Source of the DNA: Bacteroidia bacterium
GTDB taxonomy: Bacteria > Bacteroidota > Bacteroidia > UBA4408
NCBI GenBank assembly: GCA_035439485.1
Contig: DAORKI010000001.1
Span: forward strand, 67,893 to 131,892
Direction: 5' to 3'
DNA length: 64,000 nt
Of the stretch, positions 29,327-39,152 are shown piece after piece. The notes beneath the pieces were generated by a model. That model saw nothing but the letters and a program-made list of their open reading frames with translations. It was not told the DNA's origin and searched no databases. Both the position numbers and the translations under genes were made by a program. Each line of letters opens with the position of its first letter. The stretch's first letter is position 1.

Positions 29327-30661
29327 TTGGTGGAAAAAGTCTTTAAATATTCGACATTTTTAAGTGTTTTATTAGCATGTATAATTTTTTTATCTTTCAA
29401 ACAATTAAAAAATAACAATTGGAATCGTTGTATAGGTAGCGATGGAAAGGGTTATTACGCCTATCTTCCAGCTTTTTTTATATATCAAAATACACAATTT
29501 GAATTTGTTGATTTATATGAAAGCAAGTATTATAAGTCTGAGAACTATGTTAAATTTACCAATGAAATTGAAGGAAAAAATGTAAATAAATATTGGATGG
29601 GAACTGCACTATTGATGAGTCCATTTTTTTTGACTGCTCATTTTTTAGCCCATGTTCTTAATCAAACCACTGATGGGTATTCCTTTATTTATCAAATGAT
29701 GGTTGCTGTTGCCGCGAGCTTTTATTTGTTGCTAGGTCTCTATTATTTAAGGAAATTATTACTGCTATTACAATTTAAAGAACAAGTAATTTTAATAGCT
29801 AGTTTTACCATAGTATTTGCAAGTAATTTATTTTATTACACAGTGGCAGAACCAAGTATGTCACATGTATATTCCTTTAGTTTAATTTGCATGTTTGCTT
29901 ATTTTGCTCAAAGTTTTTTCCAAACCTTTGAAAACAAGTATTTTAATTATTTAATTATTGCGCTTGCCATCATCACTCTTATTAGGCCAACCAACATTTT
30001 GGTGATTTTATCATTACCCTTTTTTAGCCAAAATTTAAACAATTTTAAAACAGCTTTTTCTTACCTAAAACCAAAGAAAATATTTTCTTCAATTTTCGCT
30101 TTTTTTGCACTACTCTCTTTACAAATTATTTACTATAAATTAGCTGTTGGTAGCTATTTTATTTATAGTTATAGCAATGAACATTTTAATTTTTTGCAAC
30201 CACATTTAAATGAATTTTTGTTTAGTTATCGCAGAGGTTTATTTTTATATGCCCCTATACTTTTAATTGCTAGTTTAGGATTAGTCATACTTGCAAAAAA
30301 ATCGATATTTCAATCCATTAGTTTATTTTTATTTTTGGTAATCATAACTTATGTATTATCATCTTGGTGGATGTGGTATTATGGTGGAGGTTTTGGTATG
30401 CGACCAATGATTGATTTCTTTGCTTTTTTTGCTATATTATTATCTTTAATAATTCAAACCGTTTATGAGCATAAATGGCCAAAACAAATAATGATTGTTA
30501 TTTTTGGATGTTGTATTATGTTATCACAAATTCAAACTTATCAAAAGGTCAATTTTATAATGCCTTGGGATGGAGTTAATAAAGACATCTATTGGAAAAT
30601 ATTTTTAAAAACCAATAAGGACTATATTGGAAAATACAAAGGAGAATTTAATGCACAATAA
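29327..30661 (+). CDS. Polytopic membrane protein, GT-C-fold glycosyltransferase-like.
   Basis: The N-terminal loop carries GSDGKGYYAYLPA (a D...Y motif after TM1). There are many TM helices. The architecture is similar to 24726..26195 and 19168..20706. TTG or GTG start. Confidence 0.45.
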   Translation: MVEKVFKYSTFLSVLLACIIFLSFKQLKNNNWNRCIGSDGKGYYAYLPAFFIYQNTQFEFVDLYESKYYKSENYVKFTNEIEGKNVNKYWMGTALLMSPFFLTAHFLAHVLNQTTDGYSFIYQMMVAVAASFYLLLGLYYLRKLLLLLQFKEQVILIASFTIVFASNLFYYTVAEPSMSHVYSFSLICMFAYFAQSFFQTFENKYFNYLIIALAIITLIRPTNILVILSLPFFSQNLNNFKTAFSYLKPKKIFSSIFAFFALLSLQIIYYKLAVGSYFIYSYSNEHFNFLQPHLNEFLFSYRRGLFLYAPILLIASLGLVILAKKSIFQSISLFLFLVIITYVLSSWWMWYYGGGFGMRPMIDFFAFFAILLSLIIQTVYEHKWPKQIMIVIFGCCIMLSQIQTYQKVNFIMPWDGVNKDIYWKIFLKTNKDYIGKYKGEFNAQ

Positions 30662-31841
30662 CCGACAGCTTTTTTTGCATCATAATGCACAAACTACATT
30701 TTTTCCATTACTTTTAGAAATGGAAAGAGCAGCAGGTACCTTTATCTGGGATGTGAACGGAAAGCGTTATTTTGATTTAATATCAGGTATTGCAGTAAGT
30801 AATGTGGGACATGGTAATAAAAAAGTAATTGATGCCATCACCAATCAAGTGCAGAACTATATGCATTTGATGGTATATGGTGAATATGTGCAGTCGCCTC
30901 AGGTACAATTTGCAAAAAAATTGTGCGAAATATTACCATTAAATTTGCAAAGCGTTTATTTTGTGAACTCTGGTGCTGAAGCAGTTGACGGTGCATTAAA
31001 ATTAGCTAAACGCTTTACAGGAAGATTTAAAACAATTTCATGTAAAAATGCATATCATGGCAGCTCACAAGGAGTTTTGAGCGTTATGGGCAATGAAGCA
31101 TACAAACAAGCTTATCGGCCATTGATACCTGGAAATAAATTAATTGAATTTGGAAAGATTGAAGATTTAAAATTAATTGATGATTCCATTGCATGCGTGG
31201 TTATTGAAACAGTACAAGGAGAAGCAGGGGTTAGAACTGCTGAAATTAGTTACTTTAAAGCTTTAATTGAAACTTGTAAAAAATACGGTGTACTACTTAT
31301 ATTAGATGAAATTCAATGCGGTATGGGGCGTACAGGCAAAATGTTTGCCTTTGAACATGTTGGAATTGTGCCTGATATTTTATGTTTAAGTAAAAGTTTA
31401 GGTGGTGGAATGCCTTTGGGAGCATTTATTTCCTCAAAAGAAATTATGCAAACTTTGGCCTATGAGCCAATGCTTGGTCACATTACTACTTTTGGTGGTC
31501 ATCCAGTGTGCTGTGCTGCAGGTTTAGCTGCATTAGAATATACTCTAGAAAATAATTTAATTGCACTGATTGAAGAAAAGGAACGCTTATTTAGAAGTAA
31601 ATTGCTCCATCCCCAAATAAAGGATATAAGAGGTCTAGGTTTGCTTTTGGCACTTCAATTTGATTCGTTCGAAACCAATAAAAAAATAATTGATTGTTGT
31701 ATCAAAAATGGGCTTATAAGCGATTGGTTTTTATTTTGTGATGATGCTATGCGTATTGCACCGCCTTTGATTATTTCAAAAGAAGAAATTGAAGAGGCTT
31801 GTGAAATAATTTTAAAAAGTATTGATGAAATATTAGTTTAG
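30651..31841 (+). CDS. Class-III (omega) aminotransferase, PLP-dependent (acetylornithine/ornithine aminotransferase-like).
   Basis: ATG at 30651, overlapping the upstream gene by 11 nt. GIAVSNVGHG motif, the LILDEIQCGMGRTGKMFA region and the PLP-binding Lys context SKSLGGGMP are typical of AT-III enzymes. Confidence 0.8.
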   Translation: MHNNRQLFLHHNAQTTFFPLLLEMERAAGTFIWDVNGKRYFDLISGIAVSNVGHGNKKVIDAITNQVQNYMHLMVYGEYVQSPQVQFAKKLCEILPLNLQSVYFVNSGAEAVDGALKLAKRFTGRFKTISCKNAYHGSSQGVLSVMGNEAYKQAYRPLIPGNKLIEFGKIEDLKLIDDSIACVVIETVQGEAGVRTAEISYFKALIETCKKYGVLLILDEIQCGMGRTGKMFAFEHVGIVPDILCLSKSLGGGMPLGAFISSKEIMQTLAYEPMLGHITTFGGHPVCCAAGLAALEYTLENNLIALIEEKERLFRSKLLHPQIKDIRGLGLLLALQFDSFETNKKIIDCCIKNGLISDWFLFCDDAMRIAPPLIISKEEIEEACEIILKSIDEILV

Positions 31842-31846
31842 CAATT

Positions 31847-32728
31847 ATGAAAATAAGGTATTTTTTATTTTGGGTTCTTGTGTCAGCTTACATCCAATCA
31901 TTGGCTCAACCCTATACTGATATTGCATCTTTAAGTGCTCAGCAATTAAATACGAAATACAAAAATATTCCAAATAAAAACATCACTAACAATTACTTTG
32001 CAGGATTGTTATTACCTTTTAAAATTGATTCTAATAATACCATTATTGTTAGGCTTAATGCTGAGCAATTAGTAACTAAGAATATCAGAGAACCTCAAGT
32101 TACAGGCAATTTGTATGCTGTCACTTTAGGTGTTGGGATGCAACATTTTTTTAGCAAAAAATTTTCCACAGTATTTCTTCTAATGCCTAAAATAGCTAGC
32201 GATTTTAAAGATAAGTTGAATAAATATGATAAACAGTATGGTGGTTCATTATTACTTCAATATAAGTTTGGTAAAAACATGCGAGCGAAAGCAGGATTAT
32301 TTTACAATCGAGAACCATTTGGTAATTTTTTTGTACCTCTATTTGGGGTTGATTGGCAAATTAGTCCGCGTTGGATGTTATATGGCACTTTCCCGCTTTT
32401 GAACCGCATAGAATTTAAAATAAATGAACATTTTTATACAGGTGTTGGAGCAAGAATTTATGGCAGAAGTTATCGTTTAAATAGTTTTTGGAACTACAAC
32501 TATATTTGGAATCAAGAAAACCAAATAAAGTATTTTATAGATTGTTATATCACTAAAAAAATGGTTTGCTATGCAGAGGTGGGTCGAACCTTGGGTTATG
32601 GTCCAAAACAAGTTTTATTTAATAAGTCACGAGATTTTGTGATTGAAAACAATCCTTTGTATCAGCCTCTTATACAAGGTTTTTTTGTAAATGCAGGCCT
32701 TGCCTTTAGGATAAGAAGTGGCATATAA
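31847..32728 (+). CDS. Hypothetical secreted or outer-membrane protein.
   Basis: Signal peptide (SAYIQSLAQ) on a 293-aa protein with a beta-rich pattern. No known domain. Confidence 0.45.
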   Translation: MKIRYFLFWVLVSAYIQSLAQPYTDIASLSAQQLNTKYKNIPNKNITNNYFAGLLLPFKIDSNNTIIVRLNAEQLVTKNIREPQVTGNLYAVTLGVGMQHFFSKKFSTVFLLMPKIASDFKDKLNKYDKQYGGSLLLQYKFGKNMRAKAGLFYNREPFGNFFVPLFGVDWQISPRWMLYGTFPLLNRIEFKINEHFYTGVGARIYGRSYRLNSFWNYNYIWNQENQIKYFIDCYITKKMVCYAEVGRTLGYGPKQVLFNKSRDFVIENNPLYQPLIQGFFVNAGLAFRIRSGI

Positions 32729-32733
32729 TAACC

Positions 32734-34350
32734 TTATTTTGAAAGTTCAGCTAAGGCTTTTTTACATGCTTCATCATTAGCATTTTTAACAACAAACCAT
32801 GCTTCTTGATTAAATAAAACCTTTGCTATGTATGCCTTTAAGTGTATGCTTAAGATATCAAAGCCTTTGGTTAAATCATTAGCGTTGTTAATTTTATTTT
32901 TTGTTGCATATGTTTTGAGTTCATTCAATAACGCGTTATTTACCTTAAATTGTTCATTAAATTGATTGGCGTTTTTATAGTTAAAGTTGCTTCTGTTTTT
33001 GTTTACATATTCTAAAGCAAAATCATTTATCACATTTTTGTATATCAATTCAGAGATATATTTACTCAATTTAGTTGTATCAATTGGTATAAAATAATCG
33101 GGCATTATACCACCTCCACCATAAACAATTTTGCCTTTTGGGGTAGTGTATTTAAGTTTTTTATTAGTTTTTACACTGTCTTTATTTACCAATTCACCTG
33201 AGTCATACCTATCTATTTCTTCATGATAATAATCTGCTAAATGGCCATTTTCATAAGGTTTTTGAATACATCTACCAGTTGGAGTGTAATACCTTGCAAT
33301 AGTTAATCTAATAGCCGAACCATCTCTAAATTCATTTTGCTCTTGCACCAAGCCCTTACCAAATGACCTTCTTCCAACAATAATTCCTCTATCATTATCT
33401 TGCACGGCTCCTGCAACAATTTCACTAGCTGATGCTGAATTTTCATCAATAAGTATAGCCAATTTTTGGTTTTCAAATTGACCTTTTTCTGATGCAATCG
33501 AATTTTGTCGAGGTTTGTTTTTACCTTGTGTGTAAACAATCATTTTGCCCTTTGGTAAAAACTCATCACTAATGGCTATTGCAGCATCTAAAAATCCTCC
33601 TGGGTTTCCTCTCAAATCAAGCAGCATTTGCTTCATTCCCATTTTCTCCAACTTAATTATAGCTTCTTTAAATTCAGTATATGTATTAGAAGCGAATCGA
33701 CTAATTTTGATAAAACCTGTAATGCTATCCATCATGTAGGACGCATCAACGCTATAAATTGGTATTCTTCCTCTTGTAATTTTGAAGTTCTCTATTTGCT
33801 TTGTGCCAAATCGAAGTACACCAATCGTAACCACCGTGCCACCTTTTCCTTTTAAATTTTGAAATACCATTTCGTTAGTAATGCCAACTCCTGCAACCTT
33901 TTTGCCATCTACCATGATTATTTTATCGCCACTTTTAATACCTACTTTTTCTGATGGGCCACCAGGAATTGCTGTTACAACATAAATAGTATCACGCAAA
34001 ATATTGAATTCTATGCCAATTCCTTCAAAATTCCCATTTAATGGTTCGTTAGTTGCTTGTAAATCAGTGGCTGGAATATAAGCCGAGTGAGGATCGAGAT
34101 TGCTCAACAAATTTTCGATTGTCAAATCTGTTAAACTATCACGATCAAGAGTATCAACATAATCTCTTACCACATAATCTAACAATTCATCTAATTTATT
34201 AGCAGATAAATTACTGCTGTTGAACATTTCAATTAATTGATTGTGCTGGCTATTTCTGTTTAACCTGATACCAATAAAAATACCTATTACAAGCACTATT
34301 GCAAAAAAGAGCGGTAAAAACGGGTTGTTATTTTTTGGTGAATTTTCCAA
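32734..34350 (-). CDS. S41-family carboxy-terminal processing protease (Ctp/Prc-like) with a PDZ domain.
   Basis: N-terminal TM anchor, PDZ region (GIKSGDKIIMVDGKKVAG) and the S41 catalytic-region motifs (GFIKISRF...LLDLRGNPGG...DENSASASEI). TTG start. Confidence 0.85.
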   Translation of the reverse strand: MENSPKNNNPFLPLFFAIVLVIGIFIGIRLNRNSQHNQLIEMFNSSNLSANKLDELLDYVVRDYVDTLDRDSLTDLTIENLLSNLDPHSAYIPATDLQATNEPLNGNFEGIGIEFNILRDTIYVVTAIPGGPSEKVGIKSGDKIIMVDGKKVAGVGITNEMVFQNLKGKGGTVVTIGVLRFGTKQIENFKITRGRIPIYSVDASYMMDSITGFIKISRFASNTYTEFKEAIIKLEKMGMKQMLLDLRGNPGGFLDAAIAISDEFLPKGKMIVYTQGKNKPRQNSIASEKGQFENQKLAILIDENSASASEIVAGAVQDNDRGIIVGRRSFGKGLVQEQNEFRDGSAIRLTIARYYTPTGRCIQKPYENGHLADYYHEEIDRYDSGELVNKDSVKTNKKLKYTTPKGKIVYGGGGIMPDYFIPIDTTKLSKYISELIYKNVINDFALEYVNKNRSNFNYKNANQFNEQFKVNNALLNELKTYATKNKINNANDLTKGFDILSIHLKAYIAKVLFNQEAWFVVKNANDEACKKALAELSK

Positions 34351-34373
34351 GATTAATTTTTAAGTTTTTAATC

Positions 34374-34844
34374 TTAAGAGGGTAAGTTTAGTGTACTAAA
34401 TTTTACTACATCAACACCAAATTTTTTAAGAAAATCAACCCCTTCATCGCTTGGAATTTTCTTATATTCAGCATAACTGTTGAGGTAAATTACTTTTTTA
34501 ATGCCTGTGGTAAAAATAATTCGAGCACAAGCTATACAAGGAGATAATGTTATGTAAAGAGTAGCACCCTCAACACTTACATTATTTTTTGATGCATATA
34601 AAATTGCGTTTTGTTCGGCATGTAATGCCAAAGAGCAACTACCTTTGCTATCTCTTGGACAGCCCTCTTCGGGCCATTCAACATCACAATTATGAGTACC
34701 TGCGGGGGGCCCATTATAGCCTAATGATACAATTCTTGTATCTTTTGTTAATACTGCACCCACATGCATCTTTACACAATGAGAGCGTTGTGCCAATTTT
34801 TGGGCTAGCTCCATATAAATTACATCAAAACTAGGCTTTGCCAT
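34374..34844 (-). CDS. Deoxycytidylate (dCMP) deaminase / CMP-dCMP deaminase family.
   Basis: Zinc-binding HAEQNAI and PCIACARII motifs. Length is 156 aa. Confidence 0.85.
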   Translation of the reverse strand: MAKPSFDVIYMELAQKLAQRSHCVKMHVGAVLTKDTRIVSLGYNGPPAGTHNCDVEWPEEGCPRDSKGSCSLALHAEQNAILYASKNNVSVEGATLYITLSPCIACARIIFTTGIKKVIYLNSYAEYKKIPSDEGVDFLKKFGVDVVKFSTLNLPS

Positions 34845-34886
34845 TTAATTTAATATTGCGGCTATTTTTTTATTGAAGTAATAAAA

Positions 34887-35144
34887 TTAAGATTGTATTT
34901 CAACTAATTCAAATTGATAGCTTTCCATAATTTGATTGGCAAGTAATTTCTTACAAGCTTCATCCACTTTGCTCTTAGCAGTGTTTTTATCAGCAGCTTC
35001 AACTTCTAGGCTAATATGTTTTCCAATACGAACATTACTTATTTCTGGCAGGTGTAAATTTTTCATGCTTTGAGAAACTGCTTTTCCTTGCGGATCAAGA
35101 AGTGCTTTAAGAGGCATGATATCAATTTCGGCTCTGAATTTCAT
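34887..35144 (-). CDS. purS: Phosphoribosylformylglycinamidine synthase subunit PurS.
   Basis: An 85-aa protein with the PurS fold signature (EIDIMPLKALLDPQGKAV...VRIGKHISLEVEA). Confidence 0.8.
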   Translation of the reverse strand: MKFRAEIDIMPLKALLDPQGKAVSQSMKNLHLPEISNVRIGKHISLEVEAADKNTAKSKVDEACKKLLANQIMESYQFELVEIQS

Positions 35145-35155
35145 TGTAATTTCAA

Positions 35156-35887
35156 TTAGTTTTTTGATTTATTAGTTATGTTTTGCAATATCGACAAAGC
35201 TACATATAAAATTATAATCAACGGTATAGCTTTTGCTTTTATTATGATAAGTGAAACAAGAGTTAACATGATTAAAGCATATCTCCATTCGTTACCGTTA
35301 TATCCAAACTGCTTAAATTTTAAGGCTATCAAAGGTAATTCAGCAATCATTAAATACGCTTGAATAAAACAAAGTGCAATGAGGAAATATGGTTTTAACA
35401 AAATTCCTGCTATTTGATTTCCTTCTGGAATCATTAACATAGGTAAAAAGCAGATAAATAAGGCGTTCGCTGGAGTAGGTAAGCCAATAAAGGAGTCGTT
35501 TTGTCTAGTGTCTATATTAAATTTAGCTAAGCGATAGGCTGAAAAAACAGGGATTAATAAAGCAAAGTAGGCAAGGTACCACACAGGTTCATTAGGTGCA
35601 ATGTATGCTGAACTATTACCTATATCAAAAATAATTAATTCATACATCACAAAACCAGGAACAACGCCAAATGTTACCATATCGGCCAATGAATCGAGTT
35701 GTTTGCCCATGTCTGAATGCACTTTCAATAATCGAGCGGCAAAACCATCAAAAAAATCAAGTACAGCTGCAAGAACTACCAAAATAGCCGTCAATTCAAA
35801 GGATTTATGAAAAGTGCTAATTATGGCTAAACATCCACATACCAAATTGAGCAATGTAATTGTATTAGGAATATGTTTTTTAATCAT
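35156..35887 (-). CDS. pssA: CDP-diacylglycerol--serine O-phosphatidyltransferase (CDP-alcohol phosphatidyltransferase family).
   Basis: PNTITLLNL...DFFDGFAARL...DSLADMVTFGVVPG is the CDP-OH phosphatidyltransferase motif (D-G-x2-A-R-x8-G-x3-D-x3-D). Multi-TM. Confidence 0.8.
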   Translation of the reverse strand: MIKKHIPNTITLLNLVCGCLAIISTFHKSFELTAILVVLAAVLDFFDGFAARLLKVHSDMGKQLDSLADMVTFGVVPGFVMYELIIFDIGNSSAYIAPNEPVWYLAYFALLIPVFSAYRLAKFNIDTRQNDSFIGLPTPANALFICFLPMLMIPEGNQIAGILLKPYFLIALCFIQAYLMIAELPLIALKFKQFGYNGNEWRYALIMLTLVSLIIIKAKAIPLIIILYVALSILQNITNKSKN

Positions 35888-37041
35888 GGAGCTGTGTTTG
35901 ATGATTTATAAAACCTGGTTTTTAGTGCAAGTATAGGTTTTTCAAAGTAATTAAAACTCAAGGAAGCCAATAAAATACTTAGTATTAACATTATCAATGG
36001 ATTTACTATTATGACTTCCCATGATTGAGAAGCAATGTTATATTTTAGTATTAGCTTACTAAAAATAGTTAGCACAATACCATGATAAAAGTATAGGCCA
36101 AGCGATATTTTCCCTAAATAGTCGAATGGAATAAAAAATTTTTGAATCTTAGGAACATATTGTGAATAGCATAAAACTAGAATAACAAATGCAAATAATA
36201 AGGAAAAATACAATCTTTCAAAAAGTATTGTGATTGGATACACAAACACAATGCTATAAGTTGAAATAGAAATAATTAATAAAAAGCCAAGAAGGCATAT
36301 TGAGGTTAAATTAAGATGCTCAATATTTGAAACAAAACTTTTAGAATATGCGCTTATATAGGCAATGAATATTCCTACACCAAAATTGGAAGTTACACTT
36401 AAAGTGTGGAAGTATAATGTTAATTCATCATCCAAATGTTGATAACGAAAATATATAGAAAGTAATATGAGTAAAATCGCTGCAGTTGGAATTAATGTTT
36501 TAAAAAGCTGAGTATTAATTTTTGATGCTATATTAAGCAGTACTCCCCAAAAAATATAAAATTGTTCTTCAACTGAAATGCTCCATAAAAAAACTAAAAA
36601 AAATAAAAAATGATACCCGTTTTTGGCTATGTACAAGTTTAAGGTGAATGAAACAAAATGAAAAATTGAGGGTAACGGTGTGTCAAGCAAACCGGTGAAA
36701 TATGCCATAAAACCTATAGCTACCATTAAAAAGTACAATGGCCAAATCCTTAAACTTCTTCTAACAAAAAACAACTTAAAGCTAAATGATTTGAAACGCT
36801 GCCATTCGTCAATAATTAATCGAGTAATTAAAAAGGAAGAAAGCACAAAAAAGTAATCTAAACCAAGTAATCCAACGTCCAAAAAATGAGTTAGTGTTTT
36901 GAACCAATTTTCATTTTCAAGAGCCTTATTTGAAGTTATAAAACAATGGGTTAAAAAAACAGGAATAAAAGCTATAAACCTTGTAGTATCTAACAAGGGA
37001 AAATATAGCTGTTTGTATTGTGTTTTTTTCAATAGCACCAT
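35884..37041 (-). CDS. Acyltransferase family 3 (OafA/OatA-like) integral membrane protein.
   Basis: About 10 TM helices with the acyltransferase_3 pattern (FIPVFLTHCF...LRIWPLYF). Overlaps pssA by 4 nt. Confidence 0.7.
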   Translation of the reverse strand: MVLLKKTQYKQLYFPLLDTTRFIAFIPVFLTHCFITSNKALENENWFKTLTHFLDVGLLGLDYFFVLSSFLITRLIIDEWQRFKSFSFKLFFVRRSLRIWPLYFLMVAIGFMAYFTGLLDTPLPSIFHFVSFTLNLYIAKNGYHFLFFLVFLWSISVEEQFYIFWGVLLNIASKINTQLFKTLIPTAAILLILLSIYFRYQHLDDELTLYFHTLSVTSNFGVGIFIAYISAYSKSFVSNIEHLNLTSICLLGFLLIISISTYSIVFVYPITILFERLYFSLLFAFVILVLCYSQYVPKIQKFFIPFDYLGKISLGLYFYHGIVLTIFSKLILKYNIASQSWEVIIVNPLIMLILSILLASLSFNYFEKPILALKTRFYKSSNTAP

Positions 37042-37110
37042 TTGGTTTGTAAAAATAAAAAAGCTGCCTTCAATTATGAAAGCAGCTTTTTAAAATTACA
37101 TGATTAATTA

Positions 37111-39030
37111 TTAGCGAATTACAAACGATTTATTTATATCACCCGCAGCATCACTCACTTTAAGCATATAAAAACCTTTTTGTAAATTGCTCACATTTAA
37201 GTTAATTAGATTGGTTCCTCTTACGCTATTTACAATTTCTTTATGAACATTTTTTCCTGTAATATCAGTAATAGATACATAAACAGAAGCATTCATATTG
37301 GCTGTAAGTTCAAGTGTGAATTCTCCTTCATTAGGATTTGGAAATAAATTCATAGATGTAACATTTGTTCTAACATCTAAGCCACTGCAAATTGTAACTT
37401 CTATACTTTGTATTACAGTAGTGTCACAACCTCCAGCATTGGTATAGGTGTAAGAAATATCATATACCCCAGCACCAGCAACGGCAGGGTCAAAAGAATT
37501 TCCATTCATTCCTGTACCACTGAAAGTTCCACCAGCTGGAGTTCCTGTAAGAGTTAATGGTGCATCTATGGTACAAATAGTTGTATCTAATCCTGCAAAT
37601 GAAACTGCAGGGAGTAAATTTCTATAAATATGCACTACTGAAGATGTAGTGCTACATGCGCTTGGATTAGTAACTTCGACAGTGTATGCACCATCTGAAT
37701 TGGTAATTAAATTGGCACTTGTTGCACCAACAAGAGCTAATCCATTTTGGTACCATTGATAAGTATTTTCAGGATGATATATGGATGACAAAGTTGGATA
37801 AGCATCACCATAACAAAGTTGTATGGTGTCTTCTAAAGAAACAATTGCTGCAGTGGGAGAACATCCTGTGGCACCTATTTTTTTAATGGTATTGGTAAAA
37901 TCATCTGCCATATAAATTTCACCCCTATAATCTTCCCCAAAAGCAACAAAATATCCTGAGCCACCAACGGTGCCTAAATCGTATGTTGTAAAAGTTCCAT
38001 TATAATTATTTTTAGTTAAACGCATTCTTCCATCACAATAATCAGTGTAAATGTAGTAGCCATATAAACTTGCATGTTTAGCGCCTCGATATATATAACC
38101 TCCAGTAACTGCACAAGCTGAAGTGGCAGAATGACTAAATGCAGCGATTGGAGCGGTAGTTGTATTAAAAGCTGGACAACCGGTTTGACTAACTCCTGGA
38201 GTTGTAACATTACCTTCATAACATCTCCAACCATAGTTTCTTCCACCAGGTGTACCAAGTGGTTCAAAATCTATCTCCTCCCATGCATTTTGACCCACAT
38301 CACCAATCCACATATCACCATAAATACGATCAAAACTCCATTTCCATGGGTTACGAAGGCCGTATGTCCATATTTCTCCTCTGTTTGAAGTTCCTACAAA
38401 TGGGTTGTCAGAAGGAATACCATAGGCCAAAGGTGCTTGCGGATTATCAACATCAATTCTTAACATTTTACCGAGCAATACCGTTTTGTCTTGTGCCCTA
38501 TTTCCAGGATCATTCGCACTACCACCATCACCAGTTCCAATATATAAATAGCCATCAGGTCCAAATGCTAAACATCCACCATTGTGATTCGAATATGGTT
38601 GTGTAATCGTTAACAATATGGTTGCACTACTTGGATCGGCCACATTAGAGTCAGTTGAACTTACAGAATAACGAGCAATCGTTGTAGCCCCACCAGAAAT
38701 AGCAGTATAATTTACATAAAAGTAACCGTTATTTTTATAATCTGGGTGAAAAGTCATACCTAACAACCCACGCTCATCACCAACAGAAGAAGGATTAGTA
38801 CAAATTCCTGTTAAGTTTAAAAATGGAGTTGGATTTTGCACCCCATTGCTGTCACAAACAATAATTTTACCTGCTTGCTGTACCATAAATAATCGGCTAT
38901 CCTTACAGTTTCTGATATCGATTACTCTACTATAGCCCGAACTAAAGGTGGTAAATGTTAATGTTGGTTGTGCATAAATACTTTCTATAGTGCACAACAT
39001 AACAAGTAATAATTGTAATGTTTTTTTCAT
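37111..39030 (-). CDS. Secreted soluble PQQ-type sugar (glucose/sorbosone) dehydrogenase beta-propeller protein with Ig-like domains and a T9SS type A C-terminal domain.
   Basis: Signal peptide. GSDH motifs (LLGMTFHPDYKNNGYFYVNYT...HNGGCLAFGPDGYLYIGTGDGGSANDPGNRAQD). Cys-containing Ig-like repeats. The C-terminal Por secretion tail (LFPNPNEGEFTLEL...GFYMLKVSDAAGDINKSFVIR). Confidence 0.75.
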   Translation of the reverse strand: MKKTLQLLLVMLCTIESIYAQPTLTFTTFSSGYSRVIDIRNCKDSRLFMVQQAGKIIVCDSNGVQNPTPFLNLTGICTNPSSVGDERGLLGMTFHPDYKNNGYFYVNYTAISGGATTIARYSVSSTDSNVADPSSATILLTITQPYSNHNGGCLAFGPDGYLYIGTGDGGSANDPGNRAQDKTVLLGKMLRIDVDNPQAPLAYGIPSDNPFVGTSNRGEIWTYGLRNPWKWSFDRIYGDMWIGDVGQNAWEEIDFEPLGTPGGRNYGWRCYEGNVTTPGVSQTGCPAFNTTTAPIAAFSHSATSACAVTGGYIYRGAKHASLYGYYIYTDYCDGRMRLTKNNYNGTFTTYDLGTVGGSGYFVAFGEDYRGEIYMADDFTNTIKKIGATGCSPTAAIVSLEDTIQLCYGDAYPTLSSIYHPENTYQWYQNGLALVGATSANLITNSDGAYTVEVTNPSACSTTSSVVHIYRNLLPAVSFAGLDTTICTIDAPLTLTGTPAGGTFSGTGMNGNSFDPAVAGAGVYDISYTYTNAGGCDTTVIQSIEVTICSGLDVRTNVTSMNLFPNPNEGEFTLELTANMNASVYVSITDITGKNVHKEIVNSVRGTNLINLNVSNLQKGFYMLKVSDAAGDINKSFVIR

Positions 39031-39100
39031 CTTGAAAAGTTGTTTTAATTTGAGTCCAAACTTACAAAAATGATTCTAATAATTTTATTGTTTTTGATGC

Positions 39101-39108
39101 TATATTTG
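39101..39108 (+). promoter_or_regulatory. Candidate -7 promoter element TAnnTTTG for the 39153 gene.
   Basis: TATATTTG lies 45 nt upstream of the ATG, in the divergent intergenic region. Confidence 0.3.
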
Positions 39109-39152
39109 TATTATTATTCAAATCTAGTTTATTTCACCATTTAAATTAATTT

